Source of the DNA: Antedon mediterranea
Taxonomy: Eukaryota > Animalia > Echinodermata
Assembly: GCF_964355755.1 (NCBI RefSeq)
Contig: NC_092677.1
Location: 9,632,101 to 9,696,100 of the forward strand
DNA length: 64,000 bases
Direction of reading: 5' to 3'
The number at the start of each line of letters is the position of its first letter. Position 1 is the first letter of the stretch. Below are positions 23,084 to 47,131 of the stretch, piece after piece. Under the pieces are notes generated by a model, which was not told where the DNA came from, did not search any database, and saw only the letters and a list, made by a program, of their open reading frames with translations. The translations under genes and the position numbers were made by a program.

Positions 23084-24489
23084 ATGAACTTTTAATAACC
23101 TTGCACAAAAAAATCTTTCAATTTTTAATAATCCGTTTTGTCTTCAATGTAAACAATTTTAATCAAATGTACGTATTCTCAATATTATTAATATAAAGTA
23201 TTTATTTGTTTGCAGAGATAATTTCCAAATTACCGTACTTAAACCTACTACAGTAGTAAAAATATTTTCACTGTAACAATCATGAGTTTATCTGAACAGA
23301 ATATATGGAATAAATTTTGTACTCGACAACAATTACTTTTTCGTTTTATTCATGATTTATCTGTTTGATGTCAGTAGACTAGTGAAATTTATGACATAGT
23401 TATGAGAGGCCGCCAGTACATACAGGCTAGGACCAAACGACTAATTTAACGATTGACGTGACGACGACCATGTTGGTAATGATACCAAGCAAGGCCAGGG
23501 GGATAAAATGACGATCACAACGTTAATTGATTGATTTAATGATGACATCATCGATTTAAGTATGACGATCAGCGTTGAGATGCCATATCAAGAAGGCGAA
23601 CAGATTTGAATAAAGACAAATGTTGCTTACTTTGCATACAGAAGAGAGAAGAGGACGATATTTAATAAATACCGTCCTCTTCTCTCTCTCTCTCCTCTAA
23701 AGCGTCTTTCACACCGGCGCTGGCAATCACAGGTGTGAAAGACACCCTGCCCTTCAACAATAGACCTATATTTTATACAAAACATGTAAGTATTGTTATA
23801 TAGAAATAACAAAAATCGTTAGACCTCTCTGACATGACAATGTGGAAGCAAGGGCAAGCATCTAAACAATATGGAATCAAAAATAACATTTATTTACTTC
23901 CTTTTAATATTTAAACAATAACGGAATAAATAAGTAATAGCATCTCCTATTATAAGTGAATACAATTTACTGGAAATACTTAAATATTTTTTGAGTTAAG
24001 TTAAATACTTAATATTTAAAGAAAATATTACACTTATGGTGTGGTGAATATCGGCCATAGAACCCTTTAAAAAAATGACACGGTAAATACACAAATAAAA
24101 GGTTGACACTGTCCTTGAATTTTGAATTTAAATACATTGAAAAGTCTGATATACATTAACATGCAAGCATTTTAATACAATTTAACTACAGTAATTGCAT
24201 CACTGTACATAAAACGAAAAGAGTAAAGATACCGACAAAGAACAAAAAGGCCCTTTATAGGACCACATGTGGACCTATAATTATTATAGGTCCATGGTTA
24301 TACGTGATTTATTTTAACCAATACACCGTCTTTATACATTTTATCCTAGTTAATCATCTTATTTTTTCGAATATAAATGTAAGTTAAACTACTGCCATGT
24401 ATTAAATAATCAATTATTTGAAGAAAGTCAATTTTTATTTGTTTAAAAACATCGGTTCATGCAAAACAGTCGTATCAATTCTATTTCAG

Positions 24490-24600
24490 TATTACGCGCA
24501 AGCGCACAGCTTTATTCTCCTATTGGCCGATACACTGTGACGTCGTTCGTTCTCACACGTTTATTGGCCAAGAGTCTGCTGCTCTCTACGGCTTCACAAA
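24490..24600 (+). promoter_or_regulatory. Putative promoter module shared by tubulin copies 3-6
   Basis: GCGCAAGCGCA (NRF1-like), ATTGG, TGACGTCG (CRE-like), ATTGG about 140-210 bp upstream of the ATG; repeated at ~30775, ~34565, ~38395. Confidence 0.5.
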
Positions 24601-24706
24601 CACCAAAACGAGGACAACGTGACTAAATTTTTAGACGGCGAATGTATTTTGTTGGTGCAATACATACATTATAATTCTTCCTTAAATCGCAAAATATTCA
24701 AAAATC

Positions 24707-29227
<4,521 letters not shown>

Positions 29228-29793
29228 ATGAACTTTTATTAACCTTGCACAAAAAAATCTTTCAATTCTTAATAATCCGTTTTGTCTTCAATGTAAACAA
29301 TTTTAATCAAATGTATGTATTCTTCAATATTTATTTGTTTGCAGAGATAATTTCCAAATTACTGTACTTAAACCTACTACAGTAGTAAAAATATTTTCAC
29401 TGTAACAATCATGAGAGTATCTGAACAGAATATATGGAATAAATTTTGTACTCGACAACAATTACTTTTTCGTTTTATTCATGATTTATCTCTGTTTGAT
29501 GTCAGTAGACTAGTGAAATTTATGACATAGTTATGAGAGGCCGCCAGTACATACAGGCTAGGACCAAACGACTAATTTAACGATTGACGTGACGACGACC
29601 ATGTTGGTAATGATACCAAGCAAGGACAGGGGGATAAAATGACGATCACAACGTTAATTGATTGAATTAATGATGACATCATCGATTTAAGTATGACGAT
29701 CAGCGTTGAGATGCCATATCAAGAAGGCGAACAGATTTGAATAATGACAAATGTTGCTTACTTTGCATACAGAGAGAAGATGACGATATTTAA

Positions 29794-29953
29794 AGCCTTG
29801 TCTACACTATCAAACTTTATGTGACAACAAAATATGATGTGCCCATACATGACACTATGATGTCATATCACTACCATATTTGGGCACATCACCACCATAT
29901 ATGGGCACATCACATTTTTTTGACACATAAAGTTTGATAGTGTAGACAAGGCT
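29794..29953. mobile_element. 160-bp MITE, TTAA-flanked, in the spacer after tubulin copy 3
   Basis: TTAA|AGCCTTGTCTACACTATCAAACTTTATGTG ... CACATAAAGTTTGATAGTGTAGACAAGGCT|TTAA. Confidence 0.9.
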
Positions 29954-31004
29954 TTAAATACCGTCCTTTTCTCTCTCTCCTCTAAAGCGTCTTTCAAACC
30001 AGCGCTGGCAATCACAGGTGTGAAAGACCCTTTACACCCTGCCCTTAAACAATAGACCTATATTTTATACAAAACATGCAAGTATTGTTCTTAAGAAATA
30101 ACAAAAATCGTTAGGCCTCTCTGACATGACAATGTGGAAGCAAGGGCAAGCATCTAAACAATATGGAATCAAAAATAAAATTGATTTACTTCCTTTTAAT
30201 ATTTAAACAATAATGGAATAAATAAGTAATAGCATCTCCTATTATAAGTGAATACAATTTACTGGAAATACTTAAATATTTTTTTAGTTAAGTTAAATAC
30301 TTAATATTTAAAGAAAATATTTCACTTATGGTGTGGTGAATACGGGGGTGAATACGGCCATAGAACCCTTTAAAATATGACACGGTAAATACACAAATAA
30401 AAGGTTGACACTGTCCTTGAATTTTGAATTATACATTGAAAAGTCTGATATACATTAACATGCAAGCATTTTAATACAATTTAACTACAGTAATTGCATC
30501 ACTGTACATAAAACGAAAAGAGTAAAGATACCGACAAAGAAAAAAAAGGCCCTTTATAGGACCACATGTGGACCAATTATTATAGGTCCATGGTTATACG
30601 TGATTTATTTTAACCAATACACCGTCTTTATACATTTTATCCTTGTTAATCATCTTATTTTTTCGAATAATATAAGTTAAACTACTGCCATCAATTATTT
30701 GAAGAAAGTCAATTTTTATTTGTTTAAAAACATCGGTTCATGCAAAACAGTCTATCAATTCTATTTCAGTATTACGCGCAGGCGCACAGATTTATTCTCC
30801 TATTGGCTGATCTATGACGTCGTTCGTTCTCTCACGTCACACGTACGTTTATTGGCCAAGAGTCTGCTGCTTTCTACGGCGGCTTCACAAACACCAAAAC
30901 GAGGACAACGTGACTACACATTTTTAGACGGCGAATGTATTTTGTTGGCGCAATACATACATTAATTATAATTCTTCCTTAAATTGTCAAAATATTCAAA
31001 AATC

Positions 31005-33017
<2,013 letters not shown>

Positions 33018-33586
33018 ATGAACTTTAATTAACCTTGCACAAAAAAATCTTTCAATTCATAATAATCAGTTTTGTCTTCAATGTAAACAATTTTAATCAA
33101 ATGTATGTATTCTTCAAGTATTTATTTGTTTGCAGAGATAATTTCCAAATTACCGTACTTAAACCTACTACAGTAGTAAAAATATTTTCACTTTAACAAT
33201 CATTAGTTTATCTGAACAGAATATATGGAATAAATTTTGTACTCGACAACAATTTCTTTTTCGTTTTATTCATGATTTATCTCTGTTTGATGTCAGTAGA
33301 CTAGTGAAATTTATGACATAGTTATGAGAGGCCGCCAGTACATACAGGCTAGGACCAAACGACTAATGTAACGATTGACGTGACGACGACCATGTTGGTA
33401 ATGATACCAAGCAAGGACAGGGGGATAAAAAATGACGATCACAACGTTAATTGATTGAATTAATGATGACATCATCGATTTAAGTATGACGATCAGCGTT
33501 GAGATGCCATATCAAGAAGGCGAACAGATTTGAATAATGACAAATGTTGCTTACTTTGCATACAGAGAGAAGAGGACGATATTTAA

Positions 33587-33742
33587 AGCCTTGTCTACAC
33601 TATCAAACTTTATGTGACAACAAAATATGATGTGCCCATACATGACACTATGATGTCATATCACTACCATATTTGGGCACATCACCACCGTGGGTACATA
33701 ACATTTTTTTGACACATAAAGTTTGATAGTGTAGACAAGGCT
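33587..33742. mobile_element. Same MITE at the paralogous site after tubulin copy 4
   Basis: Same TIRs and flanks as 29794-29953. Confidence 0.9.
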
Positions 33743-34778
33743 TTAAATACCGTCCTCTTCTCTCTCTCCTCTAAAGCGTCTTTCACACCGGCGCTGGCAA
33801 TCACAGGTGTGAAAGACCCTTTACACCCTGCCCTTAAACAATAGACCTATATTTTATACAAAACATGTAAGTATTGTTATATAGAAATAACAAAAATCAT
33901 TAGGCCTATCTGACATGACAATGTGGAAGCAAGGGCAAGCATCTAAACAATATGGAATCAAAAATAAAATTTATTTACTTCCTTTTAATATTTAAACAAT
34001 AAGGAATAAATAAGTAATAGCATCTCCTATTATAAGTGAATACAATTTACGTGAAATACTTAAATATGTTTTGAGTTAAGTTAAATACTTAATATTTAAA
34101 GAAAATATTTCACTTATGGTGTGGTGAATACGGGGGTGAATACGGCCATAGAACCCTTTAAAAAATGACACGGTAAATACACAAATAAAAGGTTGACACT
34201 GTCCTTGAATTTTGAATTATACATTGAAGAGCCTGATATACATTAACATGCAAGCATTTTAATACAATTTAACTACAGTAATTGCATCACTGTACATAAA
34301 ACGAAAAGAGTAAAGATACCGACAAAGAAAAAAAAGGCCCTTTATAGGACCACATGTGGACCTATAATTATTATAGGTCCATGGTTATACGTGATTTATT
34401 TTAACCAATACACCGTCTTTATACATTTTATCCTTGTTAATCATCTTATTTTTTAGAATAATATAAGTTAAACTACTGCCATCAATTATTTGAAGAAAGT
34501 CAATTTTTATTTGTTTAAAAACATCGGTTCATGCAAAACAGTCTATCAATTCTATTTCAGTATTACGCGCAAGCGCACAGCTTTATTCTCCTATTGGCCG
34601 ATACACTGTGACGTCGTTCGTTCTCACACGTTTATTGGCCAAGAGTCTGCTGCTTTCTACGGCTTCACAAACACCAAAACGAGGACAACGTGACTACATT
34701 TTTAGACGGCGAATGTATTTTGTTGGTGCAATGCATACATTATAATTCTTCCTTAAATTGTCAAAATATTCAAAAATC

Positions 34779-36867
<2,089 letters not shown>

Positions 36868-37431
36868 ATGAACTTTAATTAACCTTGCACAAAAAAATCT
36901 TTCAATTCATAATAATCAGTTTTGTCTTCAATGTAAACAATTTTAATCAAATGTATGTATTCTTCAAGTATTTATTTGTTTGCAGAGATAATTTCCAAAT
37001 TACCGTACTTAAACCTACTACAGTAGTAAAAATATTTTCACTTTAACAATCATTAGTTTATCTGAACAGAATATATGGAATAAATTTTGTACTCGACAAC
37101 AATTTCTTTTTCGTTTTATTCATGATTTATCTCTGTTTGATGTCAGTAGACTAGTGAAATTTATGACATAGTTATGAGCGGCCGCCAGTACATACAGGCT
37201 AGGACCAAACGACTAATTTAACGATTGACGTGACGACGACCATGTTGGTAATGATACCAAGCAAGGACAGGGGGATAAAATGACGATCACAACGTTAATT
37301 GATTGAATTAATGATGACATCATCGATTTAAGTATGACGATCAGCGTTGAGATGCCATATCAAGAAGGCGAACAGATTTGAATGACAAATGTTGCTTACT
37401 TTGCATACAGAGAGAAGAGGACGATATTTAA

Positions 37432-37591
37432 AGCCTTGTCTACACTATCAAACTTTATGTGACAACAAAATGTGATGTGCCCATACATGACACTATGATG
37501 TCATATCACTACCATATTTGGGCACATCACCACCATATATGGGTACATAACATTTTTTTGACACATAAAGTTTGGTAGTGTAGACAAGGCT
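37432..37591. mobile_element. Same MITE at the paralogous site after tubulin copy 5
   Basis: Same flanks and near-identical TIRs as 29794-29953. Confidence 0.9.
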
Positions 37592-38611
37592 TTAAATACC
37601 GTCCTCTTCTCTCTCTCCTCTAAAGCGTCTTTCACACCGGCGCTGGCAATCACAGGTGTGAAAGACCCTTTACACCCTGCCCTTAAACAATAGACCTATA
37701 TTTTATACAGAACATGTACAGGTAAGTATTGTTATATAGAAATAACAAAAATCATTAGGCCTATCTGACATGACAATGTGGAAGCAAGGGCAAGCATCTA
37801 AACAATATGGAATCAAAAATAAAATTTATTTACTTCCTTTTAATATTTAAACAATAAAATGGAATAAATAAGTAATAGCATCTCCTATTATAAGTGAATA
37901 CAATTTACTGGAAATACTTAAATATTTTTTTAGTTAAGTTAAATACTTAATATTTAAAGAAAATATTTCACTTATGGTGTGGTGAATACGGGGGTGAATA
38001 CGGCCATAGAACCCTTTAAAAAATGACACGGTAAATACACAAATAAAAGGTTGACACTGTCCTTGAATTTTTAATTATACATTGAAGAGCCTGATATACA
38101 TTAACATGCAAGCATTTTAATACAATTTAACTACAGTACTATAAATTGCATCACTGTACATAAAACGAAAAGAGTAAAGATACCGACAAAGAAAAAAAAG
38201 GCCCTTTACTTTATAGGACCACATGTGGACCAATTATTATAGGTCCATGGTTATACGTGATTTATTTTAACCAATACACCGTCTTTATACATTTACTCCA
38301 TGAAATAATCAATTATTTGAAGAAAGTCAATTTTTATTTGTTTGAAAAACATCGGTTCATGCAAAACAGTCTATCAATTCTATTTCAGTATTACGCGCAA
38401 GCGCACAGCTTTATTCCCCTATTGGCCGATACACTGTGACGTCGTTCGTTCTCACACGTTTATTGGCCAAGAGTCTGCTGCTCTCTACGACGGCTTCACA
38501 CAAACACTAAAACGAGGACAACGTAACTAAATTTTTAGACGGCGAATGTATTTTGTTGGTGCAATACATACATTTTAATTCTTCCTTAAATTGTCAAAAT
38601 ATTCAAAAATC

Positions 38612-40553
<1,942 letters not shown>

Positions 40554-40926
40554 CTAAATTTTTAGAATGACTTATCTGCTTATGTTAAATAGTTAAAAGA
40601 TGGAAAATTGAAATAAACGACTATTAAATAGGAAAATATTCTACTTCTTTTGTACTATTGAACTTGAGATTGATTGTGTGTGAATAAGTTGCTTTAGATT
40701 TCACCGACACTACAGGACATATAGACCGTTAAAATAAGGGCATCTAGGAAACTCGCATCTAGGTAACTGATATTTTTATACCAGAGATTCTAGTTTTCTA
40801 GATACCCATTGATTTCTAAACACCATCTAACTAATGCTAGTGTTGTACAAGTACGATTAACTTTTGACTTTACAAAGACCGATTCCATTCACTAAGCCTC
40901 AATGAGATGACTTTATAAACATGTAA

Positions 40927-42154
40927 TTGGTTATCCGCACTTGGCGGATAACCCCTTGTTATTGTCAGGATCTTTTTTTTTTTTTTTTTATTTTTTTTCT
41001 TTTTTTTCTTTTTTCTTCTTTCTTTCCCAGAATTTTGTTGCGCGTGTATCTCTAAATCTTCTTAACATAACATTGTATAACTTTATCAGAAGATTGACCT
41101 CTATCTGAAGATGTCGTAATAAGGTTTTCGGTCACGTCCGAGTTGCGCAGCGTAAGTTACGCGCAAATTTATGAATTTCAATGATTGATCATAGAATAAA
41201 AACTAAAAGTCATTTTGTATTGAAACTTGGTGAAAATTTAAGTCATATTAAGCGCAAACTTTCTATGGATTAAAAATGGCAGGTTGTGCAGAAAGTTACG
41301 CGCGCACGCGCGTTTAAAATTTCAAAATGCGAAAAATCAACTTCTAATCAACTTTCTACGCGTTTCATGTCATTTTGAGCATTTCAAAAATTCCAACACG
41401 TGCGCAATTTTTTTACGCGCGCGTGCGCACGTAACGCAAAAACATCATTTTTTGGCTTGAATTTTGTTTTTCCTGTCTTTTTTTAGTAGATTTACCAACT
41501 TTCAAACAATTTCGACTAAAAATCACGTCATACGAGCACGTAGAATTGAAAAATTTGCGCGCGTTTTTGATGAAAAAGTTAAAAAATTCGTGAAAATTAT
41601 GCCTTTTTTAAAAAAGTCATAGATTGTAAACTACGTGGTGAACTTTTTTAAAATTACATATTCTGGAAGTTGATTAGTTGTAGATTTCGAATCATGCATC
41701 GATATGGCTAACCGGACATTGTGACGTCATCGTTTGGCCACTCAAATATGAAATATAGGATTTTTGTCTCTTTCGTCATAGCTCGTCACATTTAATAGAG
41801 CGCATCTCCCCTTATCCGTATTCCATTGCCCTCTATTTTTTATATTGTCTAGGTCAATCAATTATCTTTCGCATGATTCACCATTTTTAAAATTTTTATG
41901 ACGTCATCTTGTTCAAAAGCGTCAATAACTTTGGTCCCTTATTTTCACCTATTCTGAACTGTACGTAGTACATATACAGTATACAGTACATACTGTATAT
42001 ACTCAGACAAGACACAAAATAGAGAGCGCACTAACATTTTTTCAATGTCATTAATCGTTTTTTTTTGCGCGCAATATTCTAACGTATGACGTGCACGTGG
42101 CTTTTGCGCTGCGGATAACCTAACTCGTCCGTAGTGACGAGTTCAAATCTAGTT
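40927..42154 (+). mobile_element. Helentron-associated / DINE-1-like non-autonomous rolling-circle element
   Basis: 5' TTGGTTATCCGC-acttg-GCGGATAACC (subterminal inverted repeat plus local inverted copy), then a T-rich microsatellite. 3' GCGGATAACC followed by hairpin AACTCGTC-cgtagt-GACGAGTT and CTAGTT. No TSD seen. Confidence 0.75.
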
Positions 42155-42957
42155 GAGTAAGTTGCTGTTGAATTTGTAAGAAAAGAAACTGTAGGTACAT
42201 CAGTGTTCTCCAGAACCAGCAAGATTTGCCGTACCAAATTGACTCCAACCGGTATTAAAAATGGTGTAAGAAAATTATACATCAAACTAGTGGTAGGTTA
42301 GCCATTAACATCATACTGTATTTATCCACTTTGACCAAAAACAAAATGTATTTACCTGAAAAAAACTGTAATTTAAAGCAAAAAATGGTCAAATTGGCTG
42401 CCAGTCAATTGGTTTTTGGTTGAAATTAACCATTTATTTTGTCATTTTATAAGTAAAAATATTTTTTTTCCAACGGAAGTGATTATCTTTATTAAAACTA
42501 CAAAATAACCTATCTAAAGTTTGATTTAATTAATCTTTATTTTTCATATTTTTGGGGGACAATACATCTTTAAAAACATTGATCAATAAACACAGGATAT
42601 TAGTCGTCCTCCCCTAACCGTCGTGTTTCATAAATTCCCTAAAGTACTACTAGTACATTAACAACCAAAATACATACTACATTATGACATCTTTCAACAC
42701 AAATAATTACCAAGCTCTTTTATTCATTCAACACAATTCAAATTATTTAACAGGGTATTATCATTTACTTTATTGGATTCATTGAATTTAATGAAACTAA
42801 TTTATATTCTTGGTATGCCATTCAATCTAGTGAAAAAGTCCTAACAGGTTGAAAGTAGTTCCAAGAAGACCATGGTATAAACCGTCACAGCAAATCCTTT
42901 AAACCTCCCCGGGATACCTTCTTCTCAATTACAATATACTTCTGTTATTCTCAGCAA

Positions 42958-45929
42958 TCATGAACTGGTTTCTGAAACAAAAAATAAAGAATCTTAAATA
43001 CAGTATTGTAAAGTCCTTTATTAAACAATGCAAGCATTTCATTTTATTCGTCGACAAGTCAATGCTATGTCGAGTAGCAGTCTAGCTAGGTTAATTTTCA
43101 TATAGTTGACATCTAGAAACGCAATTTTATGAACTTTCTACCACAACTTTTAACTTGTGGCACTCATACACACTCAAACTCAGAATGAATTAAATACATT
43201 CAGTATACATTTTATATTTATTGTTACATACTTTCTACTGGTTTTCCTTTCTCTAACTTTACAGCTTTGATCAACGATTCTTCTTGTTTTATTGCAGCAT
43301 CTCTAAATTCAGGTTTTAAGGCTCGTCTGACATAGCTAGCACAGAGATTGGAATACCTGATATAGCTGCAGATAACAATTAAAAACAAATATACATTAAT
43401 AGTTAATCAAAATGTCTAAAATGTAAACAAAAAAATGAAACAACATAAATTAATCGGTACTTTTGTCATTTTTTGGATATTTGTCTGACTCTAAACTTAC
43501 ATCATTGTAAACGAAATCAATTACGCTGTGGCTAAAGATACGGTACCGTATCCTAACTTCCGTTTGCTAAAGGTACGGTAAAATTGCATTACGTCATAAT
43601 CAGCCAATGGGGTGCTGGTACGTGTGTGACGTCATCGTATAAGGACTTGGGATTTTTTTTTCATATCGCAAAATAAAAACAGTGATCAACCGGCGGCTTA
43701 ACATTTTCTTTATGCTTCATTTATCGCTGTTATAAAATATCCCAGTCGTGTGACAAAAACTAAATGTAGCCTAGGCCTACGTCTGTTATTATTGATAGGC
43801 CAAAACATGTTGATTTTAATTCTAGAATACAGAAATTTACCTATAGCCTTGGTATATGAGTTTGTTTGCCAGACTGGGGCCAGCTGCATGTGTGCGCTGA
43901 TTTCTGTGACTAAGACCTGGGGCTAGGCCTATTGTCTAAATCATAGTATTTGAGGGCCCCTTTATTGTCCGCCTTTGCTTTTTGTTTATGGTCACCATCT
44001 GTAAACAAAGTTTATTATTATTAAAAAATATAGGCCTAAATAGGCCATTTGGAATAAAAATAAAACCCTCATAGTAACTATGGACGAATGAACTAGACGC
44101 AACCAAAGAATATATATTCTTTGACGCAACACAATTTCCAACATTGAATTATAATTCCTTTACTTCTAATTTGGCTATCAACATATTTCTACTGTAGTGT
44201 ATAATGTTGGGTGTATAATGAAATAATATTTGAGATTGAGTGCATGTTTTAAACGCTTTATGTACCGTCCACCAACCCATTATCTTGCTCTATTACTACA
44301 GCATCGACGATTCTGGATTCAACATTGCTAGGTCTAGGCCCTGAGGCTGAGTCACAGAATCGACATCAGCGCACACATCCATGCAGCCTGGCGCCGTCGA
44401 TAGGAATTCTCTACAGACGCGATGTGAAAAAAAATCCTTATACGATGACGTCACACACGTACCAGCACCCCATTGGCGGATTATGACGTAATGCAATTTT
44501 ACCGTACCTTTAGTAGACGGAAGTTAGGATACGATCCAAGTTGGCCCTAAACCGTCTCGGCCAAAGTCAAGTCGGCCCCAAGTCAAGTCGGCCTCAAGTC
44601 AACTCGGCCTCAAGTCAACTCGGCCTCAAGTCAACTCGGCCTCACGTCAACTCGGCCAAAAAATAATCGGTCAACTCAACCCCGTTAAAGTATGGAACGC
44701 AAAAAGTGCAAATGAAGGGATTGATAAAATAATATTTCTTCACAATTTTTTAACTATGAATAATTCTGACTTTTAATGAATATTATTATTTAGACAATAG
44801 GCCTAATATATTTAGCAAAAAAAAAAAGGAATTATTTCACCAACTTTCCTTTATTTACGTTTAATAAAATTTCGTAGCTGAGCCTCCCTGCGCGTTTGCC
44901 AGCTTTTTCAATATCTACAACTGCTACGTGTTTTCGCTGACCGGGGGATTCCCCTTTTTTAAAAACGCAAATCATGCACAAAAACGATGTACGATCACTT
45001 TTTCTATGGCCAAATGGTGGAAAGTAGGCCTCCGTCTTTGATTTCCTAAACGGTACCTACACGTGTTTTTTGTAACACGCGGGTACTTCTATTCATATCG
45101 GCAATGAGTTCATTTTTTTATATATTATATTTTTTATTTCTTCATTTTTTTTAAAACGTGGATAGTAGGAATCGTAATAATATTAAGCACTTTTTGCGTT
45201 CCATACTTTATTGTGGCCGAGTTGACCGATTAGTTTTTGGCCGAGTTGACGTGAGGCCGAGTTGACGTGAGGCCGAGTTGACTTGAGGCTGAGTTGACTT
45301 GAGGCCGAGTTGACTTGCGGCCGACTTGACGTGGGGCCGACTTGACTTTGGCCGAGACGGTTTGGGGCCGACTTGACCTGCACCCCTTTTTAGCCACGGC
45401 GAATCAATTATGCCACCCACCAGCACACTTACTTATTAAATTCAAATGTAAAAAATTGTAGGCCTTAATAAATATAGGCTATTTTTATAGATAGTCCTAT
45501 TATTATTGTTATATTATAGGCCTAGATAAGGTAAATATAGGCCTAGCCTAGGACTAAACTAAATTAGTTAGTAATAATAATATTATTAGGCCTATATTAT
45601 AATATAAATATTATAACTAGGCCTAGGCCTAATTATTAATTAGGCTAGCCTAGGTCTACTAGTACTAGACTATATAAATATTAATAAAGTAATTATGTAT
45701 GCATTGTTATATTACGAAGAAATCTAGGCCTAGTATTTAGTGTATATCTAACCTACTCCGCCCGGTCGGCTCCGAGTGAGCCAATCCTGTGTTACTCGAC
45801 TGTTTGTGTAGAATAGTAGCCGGCCACCACCACTAGGCCGGCCAAGTTAGAAAGACTTACATAAATATTAGCTTTTATACAATATAAAATAGCTTACGTT
45901 AGACCTGCTTGTCTCCATGCTGCAACCAT
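42958..45929 (-). CDS. ATP5F1E: Mitochondrial ATP synthase F1 subunit epsilon, 59 aa, 3 exons
   Basis: Exons 45929-45898, 43365-43232, 42971-42958 give [59 protein letters not shown]; canonical splice sites. Confidence 0.95.
43547..44533. mobile_element. MITE with ~100-bp TIRs in ATP5F1E intron 1
   Basis: CGTATCCTAACTTCCGT...ACGTCATCGTATAAGGA (43547-43645) is the reverse complement of ~44435-44533; TSD not resolved. Confidence 0.8.
44535..45386. mobile_element. MITE with long TIRs containing tandem 15-bp subterminal repeats
   Basis: (GTCAACTCGGCCTCA)n at 44566-44657 is mirrored by (TGAGGCCGAGTTGAC)n at 45239-45345; arms extend to GTATGGAACGCAAAAAGTGC / GCACTTTTTGCGTTCCATAC. Confidence 0.85.
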
Positions 45930-47131
45930 CTTGAGATATATGTTATAAACAGTTTAATTTGTTCAAAATTTTACAAAAATGTATCTCAGATGGGAATGGA
46001 ATTGAAGTCGTCGACGATGAGATCGAGGTCAGGCTAATCTTGATGACCTACACACACATCTATTTTAAAACGTGTATAAAATATATTGAAACAAACTTAG
46101 TTTATTTAAAATCAATAAAAAAAATCAATTTTTAAATAAAGATTTTTGTTATTTACCAATGCTCAGTCATTGTTTTACAATATTATAAATATATGCAAGT
46201 TAGAGAATACAATACAAATGTCAAAGGTTAACTCTATAATTGGAAAAAAAATGTTGCAAGAAAGTTTATTTACGTTTTTGAAAAAGAAATAGTATACTAT
46301 TAACTGTTGAAGGTGATTAAGATATCATATTTTCATATTTACTTGGTTAAATATAGGTTCGTAATATTAGACTAGGCCTAGCCTAGGCCTATAGCATTAG
46401 TTAAAATTATGTGTGTTCCTTTCTTTCATTCTATAAATCTAAAAAACAGTAAACATCGTCACCATACCATACACACACAGAGTCATGAGGTGCTGGTGAT
46501 GTCGTGTGGTGGTGGTCTGCAACTCCTTGTGTACGTTGATGCTTGTTTCATAATTCCCCATTCAGATCAGTTTAAAAGTTTAAAAAATCCCCTGGTTCAG
46601 TGGTTGTGGAAGAGGAGAGATCAGTGTGATGAGTATGCTAGCGAGCCTAGGTTTTATGTGCTGTTTAAATATTATTCATTTTATATGAAATTGAAAACAG
46701 ACTCTCGCGTCTCAGACTTTATTTAAACAATAAATTTATATTTAATATTATAATTATTAATAATATATAAAGATTCTATGAATTTTTAACACTGTGTCTA
46801 TATTAATTGACCTATTTATTTATTATATTGGCAGTCCCAAATGTAAAACTTGAGAACTACGATGCGGATGTTATATGTGCGTTTTTAACGATTTGCGCTA
46901 TTTTATTTTGCTCAAATAAATATTTTGTTGCGCAATTTCAAATTGATCAATTTAGAAAAATGAAATATTGAGTGTGTCTAAGATAGAGGGTACTATAAAT
47001 GTCTTTAAATATACATTGTAGATGGTGCTATTTAAATATTGTGCTTCAGCATAACATAACCGTATAAACATTGCCATTGTCTTAGTATATTAGACTTCAT
47101 GATCTTTTTCTTTATTTGAATGTAGAGCAGA

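Noticed and set aside
45183-45426. Ser/Gln-rich minus-strand ORFs
   Set aside because: Translations of the 15-bp subterminal repeats of a MITE.
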